Shown one piece after another: positions 14,109 to 25,978 of a stretch of DNA of 64,000 nt (positions within the stretch are counted from its first letter, which is position 1; the number at the start of each line of letters is the position of its first letter). This stretch comes from Octopus sinensis. Lineage: Eukaryota. The translations under genes and the position numbers were made by a program. The notes below the pieces were generated by a model that was given only the letters and a program-made list of their open reading frames with translations, had not been told where the DNA came from and did not search any database. The stretch is from NCBI RefSeq assembly GCF_006345805.1, contig NC_043005.1, positions 82,150,001-82,214,000 on the forward strand, in the 5' to 3' direction.

Positions 14109-14193
<85 letters not shown>

Positions 14194-14222
14194 TCATATA
14201 TCTATCTGTCTATCTATTTAAC
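14030..14222. repeat. (TATC)n microsatellite
   Basis: Directly visible. Confidence 0.95.
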
Positions 14223-14625
14223 CATCTAAGTATCTATCTTGTTTCAGTATATTTTTCAACTATATGAAAATGATGACGAAAACGCGTGTCTCTATGTTCG
14301 TTTTACAAACACTCATGGTTTTATATTCGATATAATATTTTTCGCATAAATAATACAACAGTAATTCATTATTTTGATGTCACTCGTATTTTTCTGAAGA
14401 TTCAACACTTTTGTTTGACGGACATAAAGAAATGTCTTTCATCCAGGGCAACTCTGGCTGGGTCATCGTGAAATATTTGCTATGCCTTGCCTTCTCTTGC
14501 CTTGGCTGAGATTGACAGATAACGGCAGACAGCAGCAGAGACGAAAGTAAAGATTCAACAGAGGCAGAAGATATATTTTTATAGCAACTGAATATATAAT
14601 ATAGTTAATCCAAACATGAAAACCC

Positions 14626-14781
14626 AATGAGAAAACACAACAACGCGGGGACGTGGAACAAGTATAGTGTTATTGGACGCTCAGGAAAGGAAAGAAAGAG
14701 AGAGGAAACATAGGGAAAGGAAAGATCCAAGGACGGAAGACGGAGGAAAAAAATTGCCAGTCGTACACACGCGGTCACATT

Positions 14782-14790
<9 letters not shown>
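14626..14790. repeat. Dispersed repeat, Penelope-like terminal-repeat family (copy 1)
   Basis: CAACAACGCG..GTTATTGGACGCTCAG..GACGGAG..AAAATTGCCA..ACACACGCGGTCACA is shared with 21295-21482. Confidence 0.7.
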
Positions 14791-14843
<53 letters not shown>

Positions 14844-15147
14844 GTGGAGATATATATATATATATACAGACAAACAGACAGATAGATAGATGGTGTTTCT
14901 GTGCATTGAGAGAAGCACGAGTTGTGAAGTTTGCGCATATTCCTAGATGAGTGTAGATGTGAAAGTGTTAATAACATGATCAATTATGTTAGAGATAAAT
15001 TCATATAATTATTCAGCCGGGCGATATCTATCAAAGAAATTTATAAAAAATTGCTTTGACTTTTAAGTATTTTACATTTCAATACAGGCACAAGAAAAAT
15101 ATAGTAGTGAAGTTCTCGGGATTTAATTTCAGTATATCCTAACAGAA

Positions 15148-15512
15148 AGGCAAGGAGGTGGCAGAATCGTATGCACGGCAGGCAAAAGGCACCGCAGTAT
15201 TTCGCTCGTCTTTACGTTCAAACTCCCGCGAAGTTGACTTTGCCTTTCATCCTTTCGGGGGCCATAAAATGAATATCAGTTGCCTTCTGGGGTCGAGCAA
15301 ATTGACTGGTCCCCTCTCCCCAAATATCGGGCCTTGTGCCTGGAGTAGAAACGAATCGTTTTCTCGCCTTCGTTCAAATTCCGCTGAGTTCGACTTTGCA
15401 TTTTATCTTTTCGGGATACATAAAATTAACACCATCTGATCACAGGAATCTATGTAATCGATTTACCCCCTGCCCTCCAAATTTCTGGCCTTGTCCCAAA
15501 ATTTGAAACCAA
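15148..15512 (+). mobile_element. Old SINE family A tandem dimer
   Basis: GGTGGCAGAATCG head; box B and the central segment each occur twice, with the second unit starting near box B. Confidence 0.8.
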
Positions 15513-16099
15513 TATATCATAACATTCGAGGTGCTGATGAAGACCGGCTCGTAGACGCGGCTTCAAGATTATGTCCAAATGAAAATGTAACATTCTGCAT
15601 CCATTGAGGATGTCATATGATACACAGTCTATTTGCAGATACGCTAGATATTTTAAGATAATATCATAACCAGTTAAAGATTACATGATAACCATTCCTT
15701 CGATTGGACAGACTGGATGAAAGCATTAAAAATATTTCATAAATAACAATCATGATATTGAGAGCGGTAGTGATGATTGCATTATTTCTTTTATAGGCCT
15801 AAGGTGTCGACGCACAGACAAGATTGGCAGCTGAGTATTTAGCACCAGTTTACGGTTAAGTTTAGATCAGTTAGAAATATAATATCAATCTCGTTATTTT
15901 TTTACTCCACATATCATTTACTACGGCAGACCAATTATTTTACAATTTGGTTGTCTGTTTGTTTGAGGAATTATTTAATTGGATGCGAAATGTCTGAGAA
16001 ATAGAAAATAAGAGATTACTAACAGTTTATAAATATATTGGAAGTTCAATGATGCTCTATCCCTAAATAACTTACATCCATACACAAAAACACGTATAC

Positions 16100-16139
<40 letters not shown>

Positions 16140-16143
16140 GTGT

Positions 16144-16604
16144 GTTTATATACGTCGCTGTGTGGTAAGAAGTTTGCTTTCCAAACACATTTGTGGTTTC
16201 AGTCCCATTGTGTGTGTGTGTGTGTGTGAGAAGGCGTATGGCTCAGTGGTCACAGCATCGACTTACGACCGTGAGGTAGTGAATTCGAGTCCCTGACCGG
16301 GCTGCGTGTTGTGTTCTTGAGCAAGACATTTTATTTCACGTTGCTCCAGTTCACTTAGCTGTAGAAATGAGTTGCGACGTCATTGGTGCCAAGCTGTATC
16401 GGCCCCTTTACCTTTCCCTTGGATAACATCGGTGGCATGGAGAAGGGAGGCTGAAATGCATGGGAAACTGCTGGTCTTCCATAAACAACCTTGCCCGAAC
16501 TTGCGAACTTGTGCCTCGGAGGGTAACATTCTAGATGCAATCCCATAGTCATTCGAGACAGAAGGGGGTCTCCGCCGCATATATATCTACATTCATATAC
16601 ATAT

Positions 16605-16660
<56 letters not shown>

Positions 16661-16678
16661 ATTCATATATATATACAT

Positions 16679-16729
<51 letters not shown>

Positions 16730-16900
16730 CATCACTTCACAATTGTTGGCTTGCTTACGACCTCTTAATATAGTGATTCGCAAAAGAATTAATATTAGGT
16801 TTACAAAGAATAAGTCATGGGCTTCGACATCTTCGACTAATATATTCTTTAAGGAGTTGCTCCAGCATGGCCGCGGTGAAATGACTGAAACAAGTAAGAG
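16144..16900 (+). mobile_element. SINE family B (head 16144-16210, tail 16735-16900) hosting a family C SINE
   Basis: GCTGTGTGGTAAGAAGTTTGC head and GCTCCAGCATGGCCGCGGTGAAATGACTGAAACAAGTAA tail flank the insert and microsatellites. Confidence 0.75.
16231..16571 (+). mobile_element. SINE family C, full length
   Basis: TGGCTCAGTGG box A, GAATTCGAGTCC box B, CTTGAGCAAGACATTTTATTTCACGTTGCTCCAG; 3' part matches 27428-27693. Confidence 0.9.
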
Positions 16901-16944
16901 AAGATATATATGTAGACTGTATGATTGAGAAGCTCACATTACAG

Positions 16945-17365
16945 CTACGTGGCTTCGAGCTCAGGTCTTCCCTTGTGATCAGTGCAACTGCATCGTAGCA
17001 CCATCGACAAGTGACTTCAACGGTAACCCAAATCAGCCAGTGACTTCTCAGTGAATATTTGACGGACGGTAACTGTACGGAAGACCGTCGTATACATACA
17101 TTTATGTGTGTATGTGTGTGTATAGCTGAGTTCTTTTGCGCATCTGTGTATATTTCGGTTTGTGAATGATTTTGCGCTTGTTAAGTTAACAGCTGGACAA
17201 CGGGTGTTAGCTTGTTTACATGCCCCGTAACTTAGTGGTCCGGTACAGTCGTGACCGCAGAATAAGTCCCCTGCTTTAAAAATTAAAGACAGGGTCAATT
17301 TGTTCGAGTAAACCCTTCAAAGCGGTGCCCCAGCTTAGTCGTAATCCAATGACAAAAAGAAAGGA
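16945..17365 (+). mobile_element. Diverged SINE family B variant
   Basis: GGAAGACCGTCGTAT, CCCCGTAACTTAGTGGTCCGG and AAAGCGGTGCCCCAGC motifs. Confidence 0.75.
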
Positions 17366-18259
17366 AAACTTATGTCTGTACATATAGATAGCGTGATAAG
17401 TAAATAGATAGATAGATAGACAGATCATAATGTGTCTTACATTTGTAATGATTCTCAATGTATTTTGTGGTTTTATTGTTGTCTGTATCTAGGCAGCATG
17501 CGATAATAATGCCTCGTACACATTATATCAAACACGGGTGTCAATGGGGCAATCGGGCGGAAGGTAACCAGAGGGAAACAGAATTTACGAGAAACTTCTT
17601 TTGAAGCGCACTCCTTTAAACTGAATATTTTCTTGTTGTCTTCTATTATATTAGTTTCGTATCATAGACATACACACAAACTCACACACATACACACGCG
17701 CACACACGGACATAAACACATTGTATACACGCATACGTATATGTATATAAAGTAGTGAGGATTTAAACAATCTTGGCAATTAATTTTGTGGCACTTTTAC
17801 GCATTTCAAGCGAATGAGTAACTACGAGCGAAAGAATGCATAAATATCCTAATAAATCAACTGGTAAATAATATAGCTGTCACTGAGAAGATAAACAGTT
17901 GTATAATGGCCCTCGCTATCTTGTACATGTACTCATGTACCAATGAGATAATTGCAACACATTACGTAGAAAGTCTTATTGTAAAGGATCAAGAACGGGC
18001 AGCTAAAATGAAAGCTACACGCGTTTCAATAGCGTGATAAGATTTTTAAACATTGTGTAATAGTTCGTGACGTTACGTAAGGATATTTTCTGGCAGAGCT
18101 CCTCCAATTCATTGGGCAACATTTAGCTTGGTGGGTGGAAGATCGAATCGAATTGTGATGGACAATATATTTGCAGAGAAAATATACATCGACTCGTTTC
18201 GAAAAAATGTATGATCTTCATAAAAGTGAAGGAGACAAACGTACATATATGCACATATA

Positions 18260-18321
<62 letters not shown>

Positions 18322-18574
18322 CATAAGATACCAATAAAACCTATCAACATTGGGAATATTAAGTAAAATTATACTAATGTGTCCAGTTCTAATTTAATCA
18401 AATTCTATGTCTTTGTGTAGCTGAAAATTGCTTTACATTTTAAACTGGTGTAACGAAATGATTGCATTGTTCAATTAAATGAGGTTGCATGTACTAAATT
18501 CTGGTGCCTCAACTTAAGTACCATATTCATCTGAATCTAAATTTTTATATAAGATACCTATATATATATATGCT

Positions 18575-18870
18575 TGAGAACGCAAGACCTAGGGGTTAGC
18601 TTGATGCATTCACAAGATGGTGGTTTCAGTTCTTAGACCGAGTGGGGCACTTTGATCTTGAGCAAAACCCTTCATCTCACGTTGCTCTGATCACTTCGAC
18701 ACCTGACGTGTGTTACACAGCGCACTTCTTCAGACAACATAGCGTTGATGGAGAGAGTGAAAAATCCTGCGGTAAGAGCAGTTGACCGCTATAAATGAAT
18801 TATCTGTGCAAGTCATTCGGCAAAAGCTGAATACACATACGAAGTCATATGTGAGGGACACAATGGGACA
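18575..18870 (+). mobile_element. Diverged tRNA-headed SINE (family C-related)
   Basis: CCTAGGGGTTAG head and CTTGAGCAAAACCCTTCATCTCACGTTGCTC segment. Confidence 0.65.
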
Positions 18871-18980
18871 TTGATGATATATATAAGAAAGTACTCAATA
18901 GAAAACAAGTAAGATTCAAAGAACAAAATTTGTAACCCTGAGTTCCATTCATTAATATGGGATTAAATATATATATATAT

Positions 18981-19024
<44 letters not shown>

Positions 19025-19874
19025 GCACGTGTGCGGAGGCGAAGGTCTAAATGTGTGTATACAGTGTTAATAAGTCGTCCACTTGATATACCTGAATCGA
19101 TATTAGTGGTATTTATTTTCTGACGTTTATATTCCTTTCAGATTAGAACTTCTATGTACATACATGATATGAGAATGTTATGCTACGCTACTATATTTTG
19201 ATATCATTCTTTATTGTAAGGAAAACGTTAAGTTGATACAGCTTGATAGAGTAAATAGTTTTGACAAAACGATAAAAACGATTCTCGTAAGAGAAAATAC
19301 TTCTAGAAAACGAACTAAAAATCCCATTACATCAGACCAGAGAAAAAAAACTTCCTGACTGAGATGGACGTATATTTTACGTCTGCAACATTTCAATTTC
19401 AGATTAGTAAAGCTTTCAATGTTCTTTCCTTTATTAAGGAAATGTATACATACTCACAGATGTATATTTTGGAGTATATCGGAAGATTTTAGGCGTCACT
19501 ATATTCTTAAACTAAATGAATTTACTAAGATACATAAGACAGTTGTAGACGTCTGGTATGTTTTTAATACAGAACCTTAGTCTGGTAAAGTGTGTCCGAA
19601 TACACGGCGCTATTTCAACTATCATAATGTAATATTATGCAATTGATTGCCGTGCATTAGCTACCACTGCAAAATTGCAGACAGTGTTGATAGGTTTATA
19701 ACTAATGCAGGTGTGCTATTTGACATGTTTCCGGCTGTTAGTTCTGTTTCATAAACTAATGAAGAGACGATCAAGTATACGAAAATGTTAGCCTGCTTTA
19801 CTTTATGACATTTCACACACACACACTACACACACACACACACACACGCGCGCGCGCGCACGCACGCACGCAGA

Positions 19875-20000
19875 CACACATGGTTTTCTTTCAGTTTGCG
19901 TCAAACAAATCCATTCACAAGTCTATGGTCGGCCTGAAACTATAGCAGAAGATACTTTCTCAAGGTGCCACACAGAGGGACTGAACTTGCAATTATGTGC
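19875..20000 (-). mobile_element. SINE family B 5' fragment
   Basis: Reverse complement GTTCAGTCCCTCTGTGTGGCACCTTGAGAAAGTATCTTCTGCTATAG matches family B. Confidence 0.85.
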
Positions 20001-20026
20001 CTTATCATTATTATTATTATCATTGT

Positions 20027-20395
20027 CAACCACATGGTTCCGGGTTCGGTTCCACTGCGGAGCACCTTGGGCAAGTATTTTCTACTATAGTATCGGGCCG
20101 ACCAAAGCCTTGTAAGTGGATTTGGTAGCGGAACTGAAAGAAGGCCTTCGTGTGTATATATATATATATATATATATATGCATGTATGTGTGTGTTTATG
20201 TTTGTGTGTCTGTGTTTGTCCCCCCCAACATCGCTTGATAACCGACGTTGGTGTGTTTACGTCCACTAACTTAGCGATTCGGCAAAAGAGACCGATAATA
20301 TAAGTACTAGGGTTTCAAAAACTAACTCCTGGGGTCGATGATTTGTGCGACTAAAGGCCGTGCTCCTGTATGGCTCATGTCTAGTGAAAGAAATA
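20027..20395 (+). mobile_element. SINE family B
   Basis: CCACATGGTTCCGGGTTCGG, GCACCTTGGGCAAGTATTTTCTACTATAG, internal microsatellite, CTTAGCGATTCGGCAAAAGAGACCGAT. Confidence 0.92.
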
Positions 20396-21222
20396 TTAGA
20401 ATATAAAACTTAAAAGATAAACTGTTTCTGCGCACATACACACATGTATATATATTCATTTTTTCCGCACAAGGTTTAGTACCTGTTGGTCGTGTACAAG
20501 GAATTATGGAATACATATTATATTAGTGAAATGGCAGCATCATTATATTCTTCCAGGTATTCAAGTCTGCTGCATGATTTGTCAACCATGCGTTATTGAA
20601 ACACCTGGAAAAAATGTAAAACCTGCCACACCAGCAACTCCGTTCGTGATTTCCTATACATAGAAACCCACACCTGTAATATATGCGTAAACTTAATTAT
20701 CAATATAAATACATGTTCTATTTCTATTCCTAATATTTCATATATAATATATGTAGCAGTACAGATTTTTCTATGGAACTAAGAAATTTGCTTCGCATCA
20801 TTTCGATTTCGGGATGCTTTATAGTGCCTGATATTTTCGGGAACCCTATCTTCTAATGAAAAGCGTACCATAAAAGAAAGCATATGCCGCCCCAAAATGG
20901 TACAATTACCGGTCTCGAATAATAACAACCACCAATTACCTCCCATTAGATTTTTCTACATGCTGGTTCATGTACAGACTTTCCAACAAGCTACATGGAC
21001 TAAAACCTCCTTAACATAACACGAAATTTCAATGTCATGATTAGTGAAATGCAAAATCAGTACACTATCATAATATTCTATCCTTTAAAATGTATTAAAT
21101 ATATAATGTGCATTTTCCTTCTTTTTCTAATGTTCTCAGAATACACGCATCGATACACACATACATACGTATATATATATATACAGAGACACAGGCACTC
21201 TCTCACCCGCCCCACAGAAATA

Positions 21223-21285
<63 letters not shown>

Positions 21286-21294
21286 ATACAAACA

Positions 21295-21482
21295 TGAACA
21301 AGCAAGAAAAACAACAACGCGAGGGCGGGGGATAAAAGTACATTGTTATTGGACGCTCAGAAAAGGAAAGAAAAGAAAGAGGATATCACGCTTTGAGTGC
21401 AGCTCTTCATCAGAAATATAGAAAAGTCCAAAGAAGGGGAGACGGAGAAAGAAAATCGCCAACGATACACACGTGGTCACAC
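21295..21482 (-). repeat. Penelope-like terminal-repeat family (copy 2) with degenerate hammerhead core
   Basis: Homologous to 14626-14790; minus strand reads CTGATGA-AGAG-CTGCA-CTC-AAAGCGT...GCGTC. Confidence 0.6.
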
Positions 21483-23346
21483 ACACACACACACACTCAT
21501 TGACCAAATCTCAGGATTATATACACATAGTGAATATCAGTTCGTCAAACATTTCCCTGCAGCAATCTATTGCCACTTGTATTGTTATATATTCAGTAAG
21601 ATACAATGATACTCATCTCGGTGAGGCGAAATATATTTTCGAGCACGTTTAATACAATTTTCAAGTATTACTTGAGCTGATATGTGCAAAAGTCACAAAT
21701 TTATCTCGCTGTATAAGGTCTCATAAGTTATTTTGAGTTTCAATTAGTGAAAAATTGGTTGAATTAAATATCCAATCAGTGCAAATAAAACTACTATAGC
21801 GTTTGCAAATATGTCTATATTTATAACTAATTGACTAGGATTTGTTTATGATTCAACAGATTTAATTCTATTTTTACTGTTATTTAAAAACCATTAATTA
21901 TATTATATTTTGGATAAATATGAGTGCCAATATTAATCAAGGACAAACACAGTAGAACGATATATGATGTGTTCTCTGTCGTGTTATGAATTATGATATC
22001 ACAATAGAGGAGATTATATTTTCATTGGATCGATAACCTATAGTGATTGATATGTAGTAAAAGAGATAAATAGTTTGGGCGATATTGATCTTACTAACAA
22101 TTAACTAGCCATTTCAAGCGGAATGTACTACATTTTACGAGCTAAGGGGAGGGGCAGTGTGTAGGTGTGTAGGTAGCGCCATGCAGTCTTCAGTATGTGT
22201 TTGTCAACAAAAATGAAATATAAAACACACATAAATAGGTACACACATACACACATTCTCACAACACATGTACTCTAACATATACAACACAATATAATAT
22301 ATATACACACACGAATATATGTGTGTGTATGTATATGTAGATGTTAATTAGTACAGATAGCTGCCGGCCATTTTCACTGGATATCAGTGTGTCTATATAT
22401 ATTTAGCCTTGTGACTATAGCATTGCACCCTTCCTCAATTATGGATTTAACACTAAAATAAAACAAAACAACAAGAACAAAAACAAAAAAAATAATATAA
22501 AAGCAGAATACTAAAGGAAACTGAAAAATCAATTTTTCCTATCTGCGTAATAGCCGAGGGTAGCAAGCGTTTTTACATATATAAGAATTACTAAATAACA
22601 GATGAAACTTGCATTACATTTTTCACTGATCATGTAGGGAGAAGAATTTAAACTACTTCAAAATAATAAAAAAAACAAGTATATTCAGTATGCCACCATA
22701 TTATAAGTAACAGCTGAAGCAACATAGATTACTTTCTAAGTTCAGCACCTTAATATTTGTTATTAAGATGAAGCAGATATCATGCCAATGCTCTGTTTCA
22801 AAAACGTGGTGTGCCCTGGTGGCCCTATAGTGTAAGGGAGATGTTATTTAGTTAACTTTCGGGATTAAGATTCCGTACTAGAAGTTAGATTGAGAAGAAA
22901 TACATTGAAAATGCATATCAAAATATTTTTGGTGCTTTCACATTACAAAGCTTTTAAACTTCCTAGCACGTTTAGAGCCATTCAATGTCTTTTAGCTTTA
23001 ATTTCTATTGCCTCCTTTACACCAATAGATTTTAATCTTCTCTCGGTTCGCAAATATGATTTACGAATTTATCATATACCAAATTATTTTCTCAATTAAT
23101 GCATAACTAAATTTTCCTACATGACATACTTTCAGAAATACAATTATATTAACAATATCCAATACACCTGTCCGCTCCACAAATATGGGTGCGTGGTTAA
23201 GTAATCCAGTTTGCAGCCAAGTTGTTTATGATTGAATCCGATGGTCGGTAACTTCAGCAACTGATCTCTATTACTATTATAGACTCACAAAAACCATTGA
23301 ACTCTGTACGAATTTTGTGAACGGAATTCGTGTGGATGCCCGTCGT

Positions 23347-23388
<42 letters not shown>

Positions 23389-23389
<1 letters not shown>

Positions 23390-23630
23390 AGGTCCCGGGT
23401 TGAGTCGGGGTTAACCACAGTAAATAAGGTACTCAATACATAGCGTTTGACCACTCCCCTAAGAATGATAGTTTGCGCCATGCCTACCCCCAAAAAGTCC
23501 CCCACCACCACCCCTTTAAACCTCCCTAAATGTATAAATGCCAAAACTACTCTTGTCACCTAGCTTCCTGATGATTTCTTTTGAATGAAACAGTTCTAGT
23601 CCTGTAGAAGCTCCTTCTATAAAATAAAAT
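23389..23630 (+). mobile_element. ~240-bp retrozyme / Penelope-like terminal-repeat monomer
   Basis: GC-richer block flanked by (TA)n on both sides, containing a hammerhead ribozyme and AATAAA at its 3' end; no ORF. Confidence 0.65.
23562..23612 (+). ncRNA. Minimal type I hammerhead ribozyme
   Basis: Stem I AGCTTC/GAAGCT; core CTGATGA (23568-23574); stem II TTC-TTTT-GAA; GAAA (23587-23590); stem III ACAG/CTGT; GUA cleavage triplet (23604-23606). Confidence 0.8.
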
Positions 23631-24550
23631 ATATATATATATATATACGTATGTGTTTGTGTGTGTGTCATTGCATTTGTCTCAGAACTGCTTGAAAACA
23701 GGCGTTACACTCTTGCTGTCCCTGTAACTTGGCGGTTCGGTTAATGTGTTCGACAGAATAAGTATAACACATTAAAATAATTACTGGGGTCGATTTTTTT
23801 CGATTAATGACCGTAACTAGTAAAAGATAAAAACTGAAGAATATCAACAATATATGATGAATAATGCGATTGATAAAACATCATTTGATGAAAAAAGTAT
23901 TCATGACTTGGTTGAATATACCACGAGATGTTTAATGCAAATGTTTTTGGAAAGAAAAAAAGGAATACCAAAGCAATATCAATGCCGTTTACAAACTTAG
24001 GCTTATAGAGATAAATGTTAAACCTAGTTTTTTTGTGATACAACCATCTCTTCTGATATTCATTTCCTTTTCTCGTTATCGAAGGAATTTCATTTTTAAC
24101 GCTACCGGATCTGAGCCTTCAGTAAAAATAATAGATCAACAAGTATTATGATGTGTATTTTTCATTTCATTTCAAAGTGATTTACTGCACTCTATCACCA
24201 AAGATATATGATATCCTATATATTATATCCTTTGATACATCAAATATGATACCAGATGTATGATATCATAAGATAAAGCATTCATATTACTAACTATACT
24301 TCAAAATATCTAATATTTATAGAATAAAGATATATATCTAGAAATGTTATAAATATGTATCTCTAAATGATATATATTTAGAAAATCTTGTATGTTCAAA
24401 AATAGCTGCCCTGAGATAGATAGTTTTCATGCTGAGAAAATTTTTGTTTAGCCTCTAGATTTAATTATTTTTAGATAAGAATTGCATTACTATTAAGACA
24501 AACAGCATATACTGGGGAAAAATCTCATGTTTTTCAAACGAGAAACGTAC

Positions 24551-24691
24551 GTTGGTAGTAAGTTCTTTTTGAATCATATTTACACATGTTTTTTCATTTA
24601 CTATGTTTTCAACATATTCATCTACAACATTAGAAATTTGTTTATCAACCTTCAAAGAGCTATGGGATTCCTTTGCGAGGGCTGGAACCTC
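24551..24691 (-). other. Candidate 141-nt phase 0-0 coding exon (unverified)
   Basis: Acceptor TCTCCCTTGTTGCTTTAG|, donor AAC|GTACGT; only one open frame, EVPALAKESHSSLKVDKQISNVVDEYVENIVNEKTCVNMIQKELTTN; no recognisable domain. Confidence 0.3.
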
Positions 24692-25184
24692 CTAAAGCAA
24701 CAAGGGAGAGGCTCCGTGTTTAAAGATTATACTAAAATCTGTACAAGTGATATTTAAAAGTAATATCTAACGTCATTATTAGTTACAAAACAGTAAACAC
24801 AAGTCATATTTGAGATTCATGTTGATCTTCACCGTCCAAGTGATACAAAATCCTGAAGTTAACTTGATGCAACACACATAAAAAATCCCCTTTAAAACGA
24901 ACGTAGACGTGATTTTCCACAAAGATATAAACTTGCGATATTAAGAAATAATTTTTGCGTATCGTGTATTGCTTTCAAATATAGCACAGGCAGATACATC
25001 AAAAATACCGCTTCAAAATTCCCTCAAGTTTATCATACTATCATTCAGCGACTTCTGTATTTTATTGTTTAGCTACTTCTAACGGCGTTGTTAATATCAC
25101 ATTCTTCTACAACCTTTGGTGCACCGGCAACGCCTCTGATGCTTGCAGTAGCAGGAATGCAACTATAAGCGCCATCATCACCAC

Positions 25185-25185
<1 letters not shown>

Positions 25186-25216
<31 letters not shown>

Positions 25217-25244
25217 GCTACTGCTGCTGCTGCTGCTGCTGCTG

Positions 25245-25299
<55 letters not shown>

Positions 25300-25300
25300 C
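25186..25300. repeat. (TAC)n/(TGC)n trinucleotide microsatellite
   Basis: Directly visible. Confidence 0.95.
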
Positions 25301-25660
25301 CGTTTCAATATGAACATATTTTATGAATACACTTTAAGAAACCTGCTGGCAGCATCGTTAGCAATCCAGTCAAAATTGCTTAGCCGTATTTTTTCCGGCT
25401 CCTTACACACTGTATTTAAATTGTTCCGAGACCAGCTTTTCCGTTCATCTTTTTGGGATCAAAAAGATTAAATATCAGCCATGAACGGTGATCGTTGGTA
25501 ATGACTAAACCCTCTTTCCTTAAAATTGTTGGCCTTAATTCAGAACCGTTATTTTCATTCACTATTTTACTTGTGGCCTTCTGGGGTTGAACCTCAAGTG
25601 CGTATTTGCGAAGTGAACTTCTGAACGACCCATTTAATTCTGCATCTACTAATAATTATA

Positions 25661-25887
25661 TATTTCTTTACTACCCACTAGGGGCTAAACACAGAGGGGA
25701 CAAACAAGGACAAAGGGAAAAGTCGATTAGATCGACCCCAGTGCGTAACTGGTACTTAATTTATCGACCCTGAAAGGATTAAAGGCAAAGTCGACCTCGG
25801 CGGAATTTGAACTCGGAACGTAACGACAGACTAAATACGGCTACGCATTTCGACCGGCGTGCTAACGTTTCTGGCAGATCGCCGCCG
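25661..25887 (-). mobile_element. SINE family A with 16-bp TSD
   Basis: Full monomer flanked by TCTACTAATAATTATA (25645-25660) and TCTACGAATAATTATA (25888-25903). Confidence 0.95.
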
Positions 25888-25910
25888 TCTACGAATAATT
25901 ATACCCCCAC

Positions 25911-25978
25911 CCTCAGCGACTCAATGATTAGCGTAGACCAATGACCGTTTGTGTACACTAAACACTGAGCCGCTGAGG
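25911..25978 (-). ncRNA. Candidate pre-miRNA-like hairpin
   Basis: 68 nt; on the minus strand 28 of the first 31 positions pair without bulges (3 G.U, 3 mismatches); no known miRNA recognised. Confidence 0.4.

Larger units (their letters stand above)
23170..23810 (+). mobile_element. Old SINE family B variant (head 23170-23345, tail 23660-23810) hosting an insertion in its microsatellite
   Basis: GTGCGTGGTTAAG head, GATGCCCGTCGTATAT, CCCTGTAACTTGGCGGTTCGG and CTGGGGTCGATTT tail. Confidence 0.7.

Noticed and set aside
15534-15560. CTGATGA-AGACCGGCTC-GTAGACGCG
   Set aside because: Second half of the core is disrupted and no cleavage site with a matching stem I was found.
25140-25185. Minus-strand DDGAYSC matching the Ig DxGxYxC motif
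   Set aside because: Directly continuous with a degenerating (GTA)/(GGT)/(GAT) microsatellite; no acceptor or upstream Ig strands.
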